Assembly: GCA_963809485.1 (NCBI GenBank)
Contig: CAWEJX010000007.1
Coordinates: forward strand, 64,001 to 128,000
Length of the DNA: 64,000 nucleotides
Direction of reading: 5' to 3'
Source: an uncultured Acidobacteriota bacterium
GTDB lineage: Bacteria > Acidobacteriota > UBA6911
Positions 8,784 through 18,817 of the stretch are shown in pieces. The position numbers were made by a program, and so were the translations under genes. Each line of letters opens with the position of its first letter. Positions within the stretch are counted from its first letter, which is position 1. The notes beneath the pieces were generated by a model. It was given only the letters and a program-made list of their open reading frames with translations. It was not told the origin of the DNA and made no database searches.

Positions 8784-9842
8784 TCATTTCAGCCTAAGCA
8801 TGGTGTCTTCCGAGGAATTTCCCAGCAGAAGACGGTGCCAGGCACCGCCACGGCTGGTTTGAATCCGCTCCAAAGTGCCCGCAGCGGTTACAGCCTCTCC
8901 GGCTTGCGCCTGCTCGCAAAACCTGCCCCGGAACGACACAATCTCGGTCAGAGTGTCAACCGGCGTCCCATTGAGGAAACGCACGCCTGAAATATTGTAC
9001 CGGCAAGGAGTAAAAATCGCCTCCCGGTCATCCACGATGGACGCGGTAATGACTGCCTGTCCCATCGGGGCGTAGCGCAATTGCCCATAGGCCGGGCCCG
9101 TCTCGCGGATCCCTTTGATAAACCGGACAAAATAGGGGCGCGCCCGGAAAACGCCCTGGTTCACCTTGCGGTTTTCCAGCTGCACAAATTCGTCAAACGG
9201 CATGCGAGTGTCGGCGGTCCGTTGCGCATAAAGCTCTCTGACGCCCTGAGCATCAAGCCGGCGCAGTTCTGCAACGGAAGGCTCGTCCAGCAGTCTTTGA
9301 AGAACCCTGTAAGCTTTGCGGCAGTTTTGCGCCCCGAACACGGCGATATCCAGGTCCGATTCTGCGGTGTGCATCCCGATAAGCAGGGACCCCGTAATCC
9401 CGAGGCCCGACCATGGTATCCCGGCTTCTTTGCGCAGCAGTCGGGCGAACGCAGCCGCATCCTCTTCGGGCCCCTGGAGGCCGCCCGCTTTCACAAGCTC
9501 CATGAGCCGCGCGCGGGGATCATAGATTCTCTGAACCAGGAATCTGGGAACACTTTGCAGTGTGGTTCCGAAAACCGCGTCGTAGACAAGGTAGTGAGAG
9601 TTCCCTCCAAGAAATTCCTCCTGTTCGGAGAAATGGTATAAGCGCCGGAACAGCACTCCGCCCTTCTTTCTAATCCCGCGCTGCGCATCCGGGGCATAGC
9701 GCAGAACCGCTATCCAGCGGTCTTCCGGGTGCTCCCAACCCTTGACTGCGAAAAACAGCCGTTCACGGGTTTCCAGATAAAAACTCTCGACCGCCTCCAC
9801 GGAGGCAGCCCGAGGATTCCTAAACCGGTTGTCAGGCGTCAT
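8784..9842 (-). CDS. Archaeal-type predicted nucleotidyltransferase (COG1665-like)
   Basis: FFAVKGWEHP, LRYAP, GITGSLLIG...SDLDI (GS...DxD nucleotidyltransferase motif), AIFTPCRY, SFRGRFCEQA...AGTLE; start uncertain (9842 or 9869). Confidence 0.75.
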   Translation of the reverse strand: MTPDNRFRNPRAASVEAVESFYLETRERLFFAVKGWEHPEDRWIAVLRYAPDAQRGIRKKGGVLFRRLYHFSEQEEFLGGNSHYLVYDAVFGTTLQSVPRFLVQRIYDPRARLMELVKAGGLQGPEEDAAAFARLLRKEAGIPWSGLGITGSLLIGMHTAESDLDIAVFGAQNCRKAYRVLQRLLDEPSVAELRRLDAQGVRELYAQRTADTRMPFDEFVQLENRKVNQGVFRARPYFVRFIKGIRETGPAYGQLRYAPMGQAVITASIVDDREAIFTPCRYNISGVRFLNGTPVDTLTEIVSFRGRFCEQAQAGEAVTAAGTLERIQTSRGGAWHRLLLGNSSEDTMLRLK

Positions 9843-9932
9843 CCCTTGTTTGTTCCCATCGTGCTTCACGCAAGCGCGGGGAAACCGCCCTGGTGCAGCG
9901 TCCGGCCGGGTTCTGCGGCATGGTTCTCCGAT

Positions 9933-10415
9933 TTACATGAAGGCCTTGATCAGCTCGGTCTGAATGGATTTAAGACTTGAATTTGCCTGATCCAGTTCCG
10001 CGATCTTTGTCTCGAGAGCGCGTATCAGGGCGCGCTTCTCGAGGCCGTTCTTGACCGCCACCAGCAGGTTGTCGTTGTCCCAGGGTTTTTCGATGTACTG
10101 GTAAAGGCCCACGGTATTTATAGCCCGGATTGCGTTTGCCTTGTCCGCGTATCCGGTCAGAAGCACGCGCACCGCCTGCGGCTGTATTTCCTTAAACCGG
10201 GAGAGAAACGTGATTCCATCCATTTCAGGCATCAGGTAATCCGTAATAACCAGATCAATTGCCCGGCTCCCGGCATCCGCAAGTGCGGCGCTGGCTGAGG
10301 TGTGGACGATGACGCTGTAGTCAGACCGCAGAAGAAACAGGTTGCGCAACGCTATCGTCACAAGCTCCTCGTCATCCACAATCAGCACGGTCGGCCTGTA
10401 TTCATCCATCGTCAT
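9933..10415 (-). CDS. Response regulator receiver with C-terminal coiled coil
   Basis: VLIVDDE, ITDYLMPEMDG, LLTGY, YIEKPWD. Confidence 0.9.
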   Translation of the reverse strand: MTMDEYRPTVLIVDDEELVTIALRNLFLLRSDYSVIVHTSASAALADAGSRAIDLVITDYLMPEMDGITFLSRFKEIQPQAVRVLLTGYADKANAIRAINTVGLYQYIEKPWDNDNLLVAVKNGLEKRALIRALETKIAELDQANSSLKSIQTELIKAFM

Positions 10416-10446
10416 TCTCCGCTTCAGGATACCACTCCATTTTCAG

Positions 10447-10878
10447 CTAGGCATCTTTGTCCAAAGCCACGGCGAGTTCGCGCAGTCGCTGGACCAGGTT
10501 ATTGAACAATCCTGCCGTAAGCTCGACATGATCCGCAAGGACATCGTAAAAATCTTCACGCGGGACAAACAGCAGGCGCGACTCTTCGACTGTTTCCGCC
10601 GTTGCCAGGCGCGGCTCGCTGTTGACAAGAGCCCACGCTCCGAATGTGCCCTGGGGCAAGACCCGGTCCAGAAAACGCCCGGCCCGGCTCATGCGCACGG
10701 AGCCCGAAACGACTATGTAAAGCCCGTCGGGAGGATCTCCTTCCGCATAAAGCCTGTGCCCGGGAGGGAAGGTGATTTCCTGCGTGATCGCCGCAAGATA
10801 CGACAGCTGTTCCAAAGTGACCTGCGAAAAAAGATCAACGTCCTGAAGGAACAGGGTTTTTTCCAAATTTGTCAGCAT
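10447..10878 (-). CDS. Cyclic nucleotide-binding domain protein
   Basis: MLTNLEKTLFLQDVDLFS...LYAEGDPPDGLYIVVSGSV...FGAWAL...PRLATA; ATG 10878 with AAAGGA RBS. Confidence 0.85.
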   Translation of the reverse strand: MLTNLEKTLFLQDVDLFSQVTLEQLSYLAAITQEITFPPGHRLYAEGDPPDGLYIVVSGSVRMSRAGRFLDRVLPQGTFGAWALVNSEPRLATAETVEESRLLFVPREDFYDVLADHVELTAGLFNNLVQRLRELAVALDKDA

Positions 10879-13660
10879 AGGGAAGTCCTTTCGTGTTCGT
10901 TGCTGATATTCGATCGAGCGCCCAACCGGCCATTTCACGGACATGCGGATCCCGGTTCCGCAGCAGCTGCCGGCAGATGGGCTCCATATCACGGTTGCGC
11001 TCTGACCCGACGGCATACAGCGCACAGGTCCTGAGCCATGGATCCGGCTGCTCCAGGAGCATACTCAGTGCCTCGTTCTTCGCGGGCACATTCAGGCTGA
11101 AAAAGCGCGCTGCCCGTGCGAGCAGCCGCTCAGGGGATTCCTCTTCCAGCAGGGGCATGATAAGCGGCTTGAAATCCTTTCCCAGAATGTTTTCCAGAAA
11201 TTCAAGCGCGGAAGCCCGCCGCGCCCTGTCCTGTCTCTGCAAGGCGGAATATGCGAAATAAATATCCCTCTGCGGGTAGATGAGCCCAAGAAGTCTGAAA
11301 ACAATTTCCAGCTGTTCGGCCAGGCGCTCCCGCAAAATTCTTCCCACCAGGCTGCCCTCAGTCCTGCTTCCGTTGGCTTCGAACGCCCGGCTCAGCGCCA
11401 GTTCTTCATAATACGCCATGATCTGGGCAACGGCGTGCACCTCGATGAACCGATGATGGCCGGGCAGGTCGGGATTTCCGGCATGCATCCGGCTCAAGGC
11501 TTTGACGATCAAGTATTTCAGTCGAAAATCGCCGGCATTGAGATTTTCCACCAGGCTTCCGCCCGCGGACGCATCCGGAATACGCCCCAAAATCCAGGGG
11601 ATTTCCCTGCGAACGGCCGGATCCCGGTTCTCATCGGCTAGCGCAGCGGAAAGATCGGCGACGATCCTTGTCCCGAAAAAGACCAGCGCCTGCCGGCATG
11701 CAGGCCTCAGCTCCCTGTTCGACAATAGCGGCAGGATCTCGGGCACAAGCTCCAGGCGCCCCGTTTGTCCGGATGCCATAACCGCCGCGGCCACTACCTC
11801 CGGACGCGGATCCCTCAGAAGCTGATGCAAAAAGGGCACGGACAGGGCTTCGGGGAGCCGGCCAGCCAGCCGGGCTGCCGCTTCATGCGCCGTGACGGAT
11901 TCAATCCCGTCTATGGACAGAAGGCTCCGGATCAGCTCCATGGATGGCCGGAAGGTCAGATCAGGCAGGACGGCGGCACAGCGGCCGGCTGCGATTCGAA
12001 TATGAGGATTCCGGTGCCTCAACAGCTCCTGAAGCCGGCCGGCCGTCCTGTCCGGATCGTGGAGGCACAGATACTCCATCGCCGCCGCACGGACCCCCTC
12101 CGATGAATCCTCCAGCAGGGCTTCCGCATCCGCTGCACGGCTGCCCGGCAATGCCTGCAGCGTGCGGGCCGCCTCCGCCCGCACGAGGGAGGATGGATGT
12201 TTCAGCAGGGGCAGCAGTTGAGGCGAAAAATCGTATTCCCGGGCCGATTGGAGCAGTCCCAGGGCGTACAGGACCTGCCGCTCCTGCGGACTCTCCAGCG
12301 CCGAGACCAGCAGATGAAGAGACGCGGGATCGGTGACATAACGGTTGATTTCGGACAAGTCCACGTCACGGAGGGTCAGCTGCTGCCGGAAGGCTTCCAC
12401 ATAACTCCTGCGCAGTTTCAGCGCAATTATGGCGCTTGCGACGGTCAAGGCGGCCACTATCAGCGCCGTGCCCTTCAAGCCGAGCGGCATGTAGCGGGAG
12501 GTCAGCGCAAGAATGATAAAAGCCGCGATAGCCTTGCCGGCACGATCCGCGAACACGTCTATGAACAGTTTGACCCTCCTGCGCATGCCAGCAGAAAGCG
12601 GCAGGTAAAGCAGTTCGGAACCGGTGCGATTTATGGAGTAGCGGAACACCGAGTCGCATCCGAGCGCAACTGCGGCCGATCTGAGCGAAGGGGCGAGGAA
12701 AACACCCAGAGAGGAGATCCCCAGACCGACCGGCAGGAATAAGACGGCAGCCCAGATGCCCAACCGCTGGATAACGAAATGAGTCACACCCATCTGGATC
12801 CCGATGCCGATCAGGCTGGTTACCCAGTTCAGCCGTGCGCGGAAGGATTTGATCTCAGATTCCATGAGCTGTTTCGGCAGGTTTTTGAAATTCTCCTGGG
12901 CCGCATAGTCCAGCTGCCAGTCCGCAATCTGCGAAGCGATCATCGTCAGGAGCATCAGAAGGATCATGAGCCTGAGCAGCCGGGAGCCGGACACGGTTCG
13001 GAACATGTCCCGCGTTCTTCCGGAGGAATCAAAACCCCTTGCGGACTCCCTGGCTGCAATTACGTTCCGCAGGCGGTGCCGCCATACGACCCGGGCCAGC
13101 GCGATCAAAGCGAGGCAGAGGACGGCGCAGATGTTCAGCATCGTGGCCGTGCTTTGGTGTTTCAGAAGGTCCGTGATCAGGCTGCCCGCAATAGCGCCCG
13201 CAAGAGCGCCCGCGCCGAGCAGTCCGTAAATTCGCTTGGCCTGACGGCCGTCAAAAACATACCCTGCAAGCAGCCAGAATTGGGCGACGCAGAGCACGGA
13301 AACAATCTGCACAAACATAAAATAGACGTAAGGCATAAAAGGAAGCTGCCTGGCAATCGCCCACTGCAAAAGAAGCAGGCTCCCAATGACTCCCAAATGC
13401 GTCGATGTCACCAGGCCAACCGCCGACAGGCGGCGGCCCAATTTGTGCACCAGAAAGATCAGCGGGCCGGCAATCAACGCGGTCAGCAGATAGGCTTTCG
13501 GCAGGTCGCTCGCGGGGATTTCGCTCAGGAACAAGGCGCTGCGCAGGGGCTTAAGGATGTAATTGAAAGCCATCAGGCTGAAAATATAGGAGAACATGAG
13601 GCTCGTGGCCATGCTCTCCCCGGGCCTGATCTGCCGGAATTTGCCGATCCTTTCGAGCAT
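10835..13660 (-). CDS. Npt1/Npt2 (TLC-like) nucleotide transporter fused to HEAT repeats
   Basis: N-terminal multi-TM domain (YILKPLRSALF, FWLLAGYVFDGRQAKRIYGLLG, RYSINRTGSELLYLP, KLFIDVF) followed by HEAT repeats (VRAEAARTL, VRAAAMEYL, DPWLRTCALYA); GAGGAG RBS before ATG 13660. Confidence 0.85.
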   Translation of the reverse strand: MLERIGKFRQIRPGESMATSLMFSYIFSLMAFNYILKPLRSALFLSEIPASDLPKAYLLTALIAGPLIFLVHKLGRRLSAVGLVTSTHLGVIGSLLLLQWAIARQLPFMPYVYFMFVQIVSVLCVAQFWLLAGYVFDGRQAKRIYGLLGAGALAGAIAGSLITDLLKHQSTATMLNICAVLCLALIALARVVWRHRLRNVIAARESARGFDSSGRTRDMFRTVSGSRLLRLMILLMLLTMIASQIADWQLDYAAQENFKNLPKQLMESEIKSFRARLNWVTSLIGIGIQMGVTHFVIQRLGIWAAVLFLPVGLGISSLGVFLAPSLRSAAVALGCDSVFRYSINRTGSELLYLPLSAGMRRRVKLFIDVFADRAGKAIAAFIILALTSRYMPLGLKGTALIVAALTVASAIIALKLRRSYVEAFRQQLTLRDVDLSEINRYVTDPASLHLLVSALESPQERQVLYALGLLQSAREYDFSPQLLPLLKHPSSLVRAEAARTLQALPGSRAADAEALLEDSSEGVRAAAMEYLCLHDPDRTAGRLQELLRHRNPHIRIAAGRCAAVLPDLTFRPSMELIRSLLSIDGIESVTAHEAAARLAGRLPEALSVPFLHQLLRDPRPEVVAAAVMASGQTGRLELVPEILPLLSNRELRPACRQALVFFGTRIVADLSAALADENRDPAVRREIPWILGRIPDASAGGSLVENLNAGDFRLKYLIVKALSRMHAGNPDLPGHHRFIEVHAVAQIMAYYEELALSRAFEANGSRTEGSLVGRILRERLAEQLEIVFRLLGLIYPQRDIYFAYSALQRQDRARRASALEFLENILGKDFKPLIMPLLEEESPERLLARAARFFSLNVPAKNEALSMLLEQPDPWLRTCALYAVGSERNRDMEPICRQLLRNRDPHVREMAGWALDRISATNTKGLPYADKFGKNPVPSGR

Positions 13661-14127
13661 CGATCTCCTCTGCACCCCCGAAAACCGGAGTGCTCAGACG
13701 GCGCAACGTGTTTCCGCTCTCATTCCGGATTCCGCAACCAGCCCATTTCCTGCACCCCATCCGGGCGGCATGCGGTTCCCGGCGCTCCAAAGCTCCGTGC
13801 GGTGAGTTCCAGATATCATTTCATGCCCCCCCAGGCCGGAGGATCGCCGGACTGATCCGGGACCCGGTTTTGATGTCCACAGGCGGGCGTAAGGTTAGGA
13901 GCGAGAAGCACCTGAACAAACCCGGGCTTCTCGAGGAATAGCGGGCAAGGATTTCGAGGTGAGGGGGAGACCCGGTCCCTCCAGACTACGCCCAATAACA
14001 CTAATGTAATATCGCCAGCGGCGTTTGTGAAACGCCCCTGTCAAAAAATATGCAAGCCGGGAAGCCACAGGCCCTTGCCTTTCCTGATGCATCATGAAAT
14101 TCTTACTCTATTGGTGGCCTGTGGCCT

Positions 14128-16023
14128 ATGGAGAAAAAAACACCGGCTCTGCATTCGGAGAAGGACGAGCGCAAATCCGCCGAGGAGGAATTGCAGCGGG
14201 AGCGCAATTTTGTTTCGGCAGTGCTCGACATCCAGGGCACGCTGGTGGTTGTCCTGGACACCGCCGGGAGAATCATCCGTTTCAACCGGGCCTGCGAACA
14301 GACTACAGGGTTTAGCTTCGATGAGATCAAAGGCCGGCCCTTCTGGGAGATATTTCTGGTGCCCGAGGAGGTGGAGCGGATCCGCGGGGTTTTCGAACAG
14401 TTGCGCTCGGGCAATTTCCCCAACAGCGCGGAAAATTTCTGGCGGACCAGAAATCGCGGCCTCAGACTGATATCATGGTCCAATACCGCCATGGTCGACA
14501 CAGCAGGTACTGTCGAATATGTGATCGCCACCGGCATCGACATCACCGACAGGCGCAGAGCCGAAACGGAACTGGGGAGAGCCCACGTTCAGCTGGAGCA
14601 GCGAATCGCGAAACGGACGGCCGAGCTGGCGGCCATCAACGAGCAGCTGCTGGAAGCCGAAAGAAAGCTGCGCAGGCAAAACGAAATTCTTGCCAGACTG
14701 GTGCGATACCAGGCTCCCGAAGAGGACGACGGCACCGGCATGCGGATCCTTACGGAGGCCGCTACGGAAGCCCTCGAGGTGGAGCGGGCATCGGTCTGGC
14801 TTTTCAATGACGGGTTTTCGAGCATCGTCTGCCTGGACCTCTTCGAGAGAAGCCCTTACAGGCACTCGAGCGGAAATGAGCTCGCCGCGGTCGATTACCC
14901 GGAATATTTCAAGGCCCTCGCGGAACAGCTGGCCATTGCTGCGGATGATGCACGCAGGGACCCGCGCACCAGCGAATTCACCCCTTCTTATCTGAATCCG
15001 TTGAAAATCACCTCCATGCTCGACGCCCCGATCTGGGTCGGGGGCCAAATGGTCGGGGTTCTTTGCCACGAACATGTCGGCGAAGCGCGCCATTGGACTC
15101 TGGAAGAACAGCAGTTCGCCGCATCCCTGGCGGATTACGCCTCACTGATCCTTGAAGCTCAGCACCGGCGCCGCGCCGAAGCTGAACTGCAGCAGGCGCA
15201 CGCTCAACTCGAGCGGCGCGTGGAAGAGCGCACCGCCCAACTGCGCGCGGCACAGGCTCAGCTGGTCCAGTCGGAGAAAATGGCCTCCCTGGGCATGCTG
15301 GTGGCCGGGATCGCACACGAAATCAATACTCCCGTAGGCGCCATTCAAAGCATGCACGATACGCTTCAGCGGGCAGTTCAAAAACTAAAGGGACTGCTTG
15401 ACCCGGTCTGCCGGCGCGGTGAGTCCGATGGCGCCGCGATCGAGACAATCATGAGCATAATCGAGGATGCCACCCTGGTGATCGCATCCGGTTCCGGCCG
15501 GGTCGCCGACATCGTGCGGCGGCTGAGGAGCTTTGCACGGCTGGATGAGGCAGAACTTAAAATAGCGGACATCCACGAAGGATTGGAAGATACCATGGCG
15601 CTCCTTCACCATGAGATCAAGCACGGAATCACGGTCAAAAGAAAATATGGCGACATCCCTCCGTTTGCGTGCTACCCCGGACGGCTCAACCAGGTCTTCC
15701 TCAATATCCTGATCAACGCCCGGCAGGCAATCGCGGGGCAGGGTGAGATTTCCGTTACGACGTACCAGGAAGGCAATCGGGCCGTTGTAGAGATTGCCGA
15801 CAACGGGTCCGGAATAGCGCCCGAACACCTGAGCCGCATTTTTGATCCGGGCTTCACGACCAAAGGAGCCGGCGTCGGAACAGGCTTGGGCTTGTCGATA
15901 TGCTATCAGATCATCGGGGATCATCACGGAGAGATCCGCGTTTCGAGCGAGGTCGGCAAGGGGACGGTCTTCAGGATTATCCTGCCGATGAATTTGAAGC
16001 CGAATTCCGGATCTTCTGTTTAG
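14128..16023 (+). CDS. Cytoplasmic PAS-GAF sensor histidine kinase
   Basis: PAS (IIRFNRACEQTTG...GIDITDR), GAF (ERASVWL...SMLDAPI), H-box AGIAHEINTP, N box LNILINA, DNGSG, FTTK, GTGLGL. Confidence 0.93.
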   Translation: MEKKTPALHSEKDERKSAEEELQRERNFVSAVLDIQGTLVVVLDTAGRIIRFNRACEQTTGFSFDEIKGRPFWEIFLVPEEVERIRGVFEQLRSGNFPNSAENFWRTRNRGLRLISWSNTAMVDTAGTVEYVIATGIDITDRRRAETELGRAHVQLEQRIAKRTAELAAINEQLLEAERKLRRQNEILARLVRYQAPEEDDGTGMRILTEAATEALEVERASVWLFNDGFSSIVCLDLFERSPYRHSSGNELAAVDYPEYFKALAEQLAIAADDARRDPRTSEFTPSYLNPLKITSMLDAPIWVGGQMVGVLCHEHVGEARHWTLEEQQFAASLADYASLILEAQHRRRAEAELQQAHAQLERRVEERTAQLRAAQAQLVQSEKMASLGMLVAGIAHEINTPVGAIQSMHDTLQRAVQKLKGLLDPVCRRGESDGAAIETIMSIIEDATLVIASGSGRVADIVRRLRSFARLDEAELKIADIHEGLEDTMALLHHEIKHGITVKRKYGDIPPFACYPGRLNQVFLNILINARQAIAGQGEISVTTYQEGNRAVVEIADNGSGIAPEHLSRIFDPGFTTKGAGVGTGLGLSICYQIIGDHHGEIRVSSEVGKGTVFRIILPMNLKPNSGSSV

Positions 16024-16060
16024 GCTGCATGTCCGTCAACAGATTCCCGGCAGAGTTGGG

Positions 16061-16463
16061 AGTCAGGTATCTCCGGCAAAGCCGGAGGCTTGAAAGATTT
16101 GAACCGCTCAAAGCGGTTGGAGGAGTTACGCCGGTCTTGAACGCTGACTTACGCGGGCAAAAGCCGATGAGGCGCTTCCGAGCCCCGCAGGGGCCAGCGC
16201 TCCGCGCTGGACAGTTTTCTGCGGCGGTTCTGTGGCAAGCGCCGTGCGGCAAGGAGATGAAGAGTAGGAGAAACCGGGCGTTTGCCACAGTGCCGCCACA
16301 GAAAACTCCATCGGAAGCGCCTCATCGGCTCTTGCTCGCCGACCCTCGCCGAACAAATCGGCGTTTGTCAGCGCTTTTATCCGCGTTTCTCAGCGTTTCA
16401 AAATACGGAGCTGTCAAACTCTTTGAGTCCCCCGGCAGAGCCGGGGCTTTACCAATGTAATTA
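16061..16463. mobile_element. Non-autonomous IS200/IS605-end-like miniature element with a long internal hairpin
   Basis: Terminal hairpins ctccggc-aaa-gccggag and accgct-caa-agcggt at one end, ccccggc-aga-gccgggg at the other; internal inverted repeats 16161-16181/16311-16330 and about 16213-16243/16277-16307; partial copies at 7638, 8627 and 20876; no transposase ORF. Confidence 0.7.
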
Positions 16464-16564
16464 GCGATGCATTCAGGCGCCGGATGCTTGGCGCTGCTCT
16501 AGATTCCTTTGCCGCGGGATTGATGTAGCCGCCCGGTCGCTTTACTCCTATAATCGCCGTTTAT

Positions 16565-18628
16565 ATGCAGAAAGACCTGTTGCTTCCGCCGAGTGAGATT
16601 CCGCAAAAAAAAGCCTGGAAATCCTGGAAAGGAATCGTGCTCGCTGCCTTTGTGCTTGCGCTTGTCTTCAACCGATGGCTGCCGGATATCCTGCTTGCGG
16701 TGTTTTATATCGCGGGAACGGCCGTAATTCTCAACTTGCTTTTTCACCTGCTCCGCCGTTTCAGGAACAAGGTTTTCTGGCGCGTGCGCCACCGCATCCT
16801 CGGCTCATTTATATTCGTGGGTTTCATTCCCCTCCTGGTCCTTTTCGGTGTCGCCTATCTCTCCATCTACCTGCTGCTGGGCCAGCTGTCGGCTCATTAC
16901 CTGCATGCTTCGCTGGACGAATTGAATCAGGAAGTCACTCGAATCAACACGGACCTAGGGCATCGGATTGCTCCACCGGCAGCTGGCGATGCCTTCCGTA
17001 AGGCGGCGGAAAAGGAATTCGAGGCAAATGCGGCAGCCTTCCCGAAGCTTGCAGCCCTGCTGTTGCGCAGGCAGCGTGAGGGCTCGTGGGAAAAGATCGG
17101 GAGCAATGATACCCAGGGAATCCTCGATGAATCCGCTGCTCCCGCTGCGGACAAGTGGCTGCAGGGCAAAACGGCTTTCGAGGGCCTGCTCCTTTTAAAG
17201 GAAACCGGTTTGCTGACTTCCCTCAGGCCGGCGTCTTCCGTCCCGGGTGCTTACCTTGCCGTTTTTGCGCCCCTCGACCTGCACGTCGAAGAAAGGCTCC
17301 GGCGGGAGAAGAACATATACCTGGCATTATCGGGGATGGGCACGACAGAGGTCCTGCAGAGAGAGGACGGCATTACGGTCCGGACGCGAAACGAAGGCGC
17401 CGGCAGCAGCGAAGCCGAAAGGAGCGCCGAAATCGGCGCCCTCAAAGAGCAGCTCAAGACCGACACCCGGAGGATGATCATCTGGGCGGCCGTGCTGGAA
17501 TGCCGGGACTATATAACCGGGGAAACGAAACCTCTCGGGCTCGGAGTCATTCGCGTCCCGCTTGAGACACTTAATCTGGCTTATCTATCAGGTGTCGGCA
17601 ACTACAGCACCGGCCAGTACATTCTGAAGGGCATTCTGGTTCTCCTTGCGGTGTTTGTTCTGGCGGAACTGGTCTCCCTCCTGATAGGAATCACCATCAG
17701 CCGGCGCATTACGCGTTCGGTGCACGACATGTACCTCGGCACAATGGCTTTAAAGGATGGGAACCTGCAGTATCAGATCCCGGTGCGAAGGAATGATCAG
17801 CTGGGGCTGCTGGCTCATTCTTTCAACCAGATGAGCTCCTCGATAACCCGGCTAATGGAAGAGGTGAGCGAAAAGAAAAGGCTGGAACAGGAACTGGAGA
17901 TCGCGCGCGAGGTGCAGGCTGCGCTGTTCCCCAAGCAGCTGCCGCATCCGCGCGGTCTCTCGCTTTTCGGAGGCTGCGAGCCGGCGCGCGTCGTCAGCGG
18001 CGATTACTATGATTTCATACACGAAGACGATGCCCGGCTCCATATTGTTGTCGGAGACATCAGTGGAAAAGGGATCTCCGCTGCGCTGCTCATGGCCAAT
18101 CTCCAGGCGGCCATGCGCAATCAGCTTTCAACCTTCCACAATGCCGATCCGGCCGAAATTGAACGCCGGCTTTCGGCCGTCCTGGAACAGCTGAACACCC
18201 AGATCTTTCTGAACAGCCCGAGAGAGAAATACGCGACCCTGTTTGCGGGAAGGTATGATGCCGAGTCCCGCAGGCTTTGCTACTGCAACGCCGGACACCT
18301 TCCGCCTGTTCTGCTCCGCCGCGGCGAGGTGGTACGCCTCGAGGGCGGCGGTACGGTACTCGGCCTTTTCGAGAGCGCCTCCTACAAAGCCTCATCCACG
18401 GAGCTGGAGGCCGGAACGGTCCTGGCAATTTTTTCCGACGGCATCACCGAGGCCGTCAACGATGCGGACGAAGAATTCGGCGAAGAACGCCTGGTGGAAG
18501 CGCTTCGGGCATCGGTGTCCCGAGCTCCCGAGGGTATCTACCGGCACGTAATCGAGCAGGTGCGGCTCTGGCAGGGCAATCTGAAGCAGCACGACGACAT
18601 CACATTGATCGTCGGGAAAGTGGAATAG
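16565..18628 (+). CDS. Membrane HAMP-SpoIIE (PP2C/RsbU-like) phosphatase
   Basis: TM segments, HAMP (RRNDQLGLLAHSFNQM), ELEIAREVQ, VSGDYYD, GDISGKG, NAGH, FSDG, HDDITL. Confidence 0.92.
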   Translation: MQKDLLLPPSEIPQKKAWKSWKGIVLAAFVLALVFNRWLPDILLAVFYIAGTAVILNLLFHLLRRFRNKVFWRVRHRILGSFIFVGFIPLLVLFGVAYLSIYLLLGQLSAHYLHASLDELNQEVTRINTDLGHRIAPPAAGDAFRKAAEKEFEANAAAFPKLAALLLRRQREGSWEKIGSNDTQGILDESAAPAADKWLQGKTAFEGLLLLKETGLLTSLRPASSVPGAYLAVFAPLDLHVEERLRREKNIYLALSGMGTTEVLQREDGITVRTRNEGAGSSEAERSAEIGALKEQLKTDTRRMIIWAAVLECRDYITGETKPLGLGVIRVPLETLNLAYLSGVGNYSTGQYILKGILVLLAVFVLAELVSLLIGITISRRITRSVHDMYLGTMALKDGNLQYQIPVRRNDQLGLLAHSFNQMSSSITRLMEEVSEKKRLEQELEIAREVQAALFPKQLPHPRGLSLFGGCEPARVVSGDYYDFIHEDDARLHIVVGDISGKGISAALLMANLQAAMRNQLSTFHNADPAEIERRLSAVLEQLNTQIFLNSPREKYATLFAGRYDAESRRLCYCNAGHLPPVLLRRGEVVRLEGGGTVLGLFESASYKASSTELEAGTVLAIFSDGITEAVNDADEEFGEERLVEALRASVSRAPEGIYRHVIEQVRLWQGNLKQHDDITLIVGKVE

Positions 18629-18817
18629 GATCAGCGATCGTCAGCGCCTTTTTCGGCACATGTCGGCGCCATTTTATCCCGGGATTTTCATACTTCCTGA
18701 ATCCCGGATCACCAGACGGAAGGAGCAGAAGACCTCAACCCCAGGGGTTCGAAAATGCCCCGGAAGCAAAGCGATCCCTGCCCCCTGTTAATCCATCCGG
18801 AACCGGACAGTCTCCCC

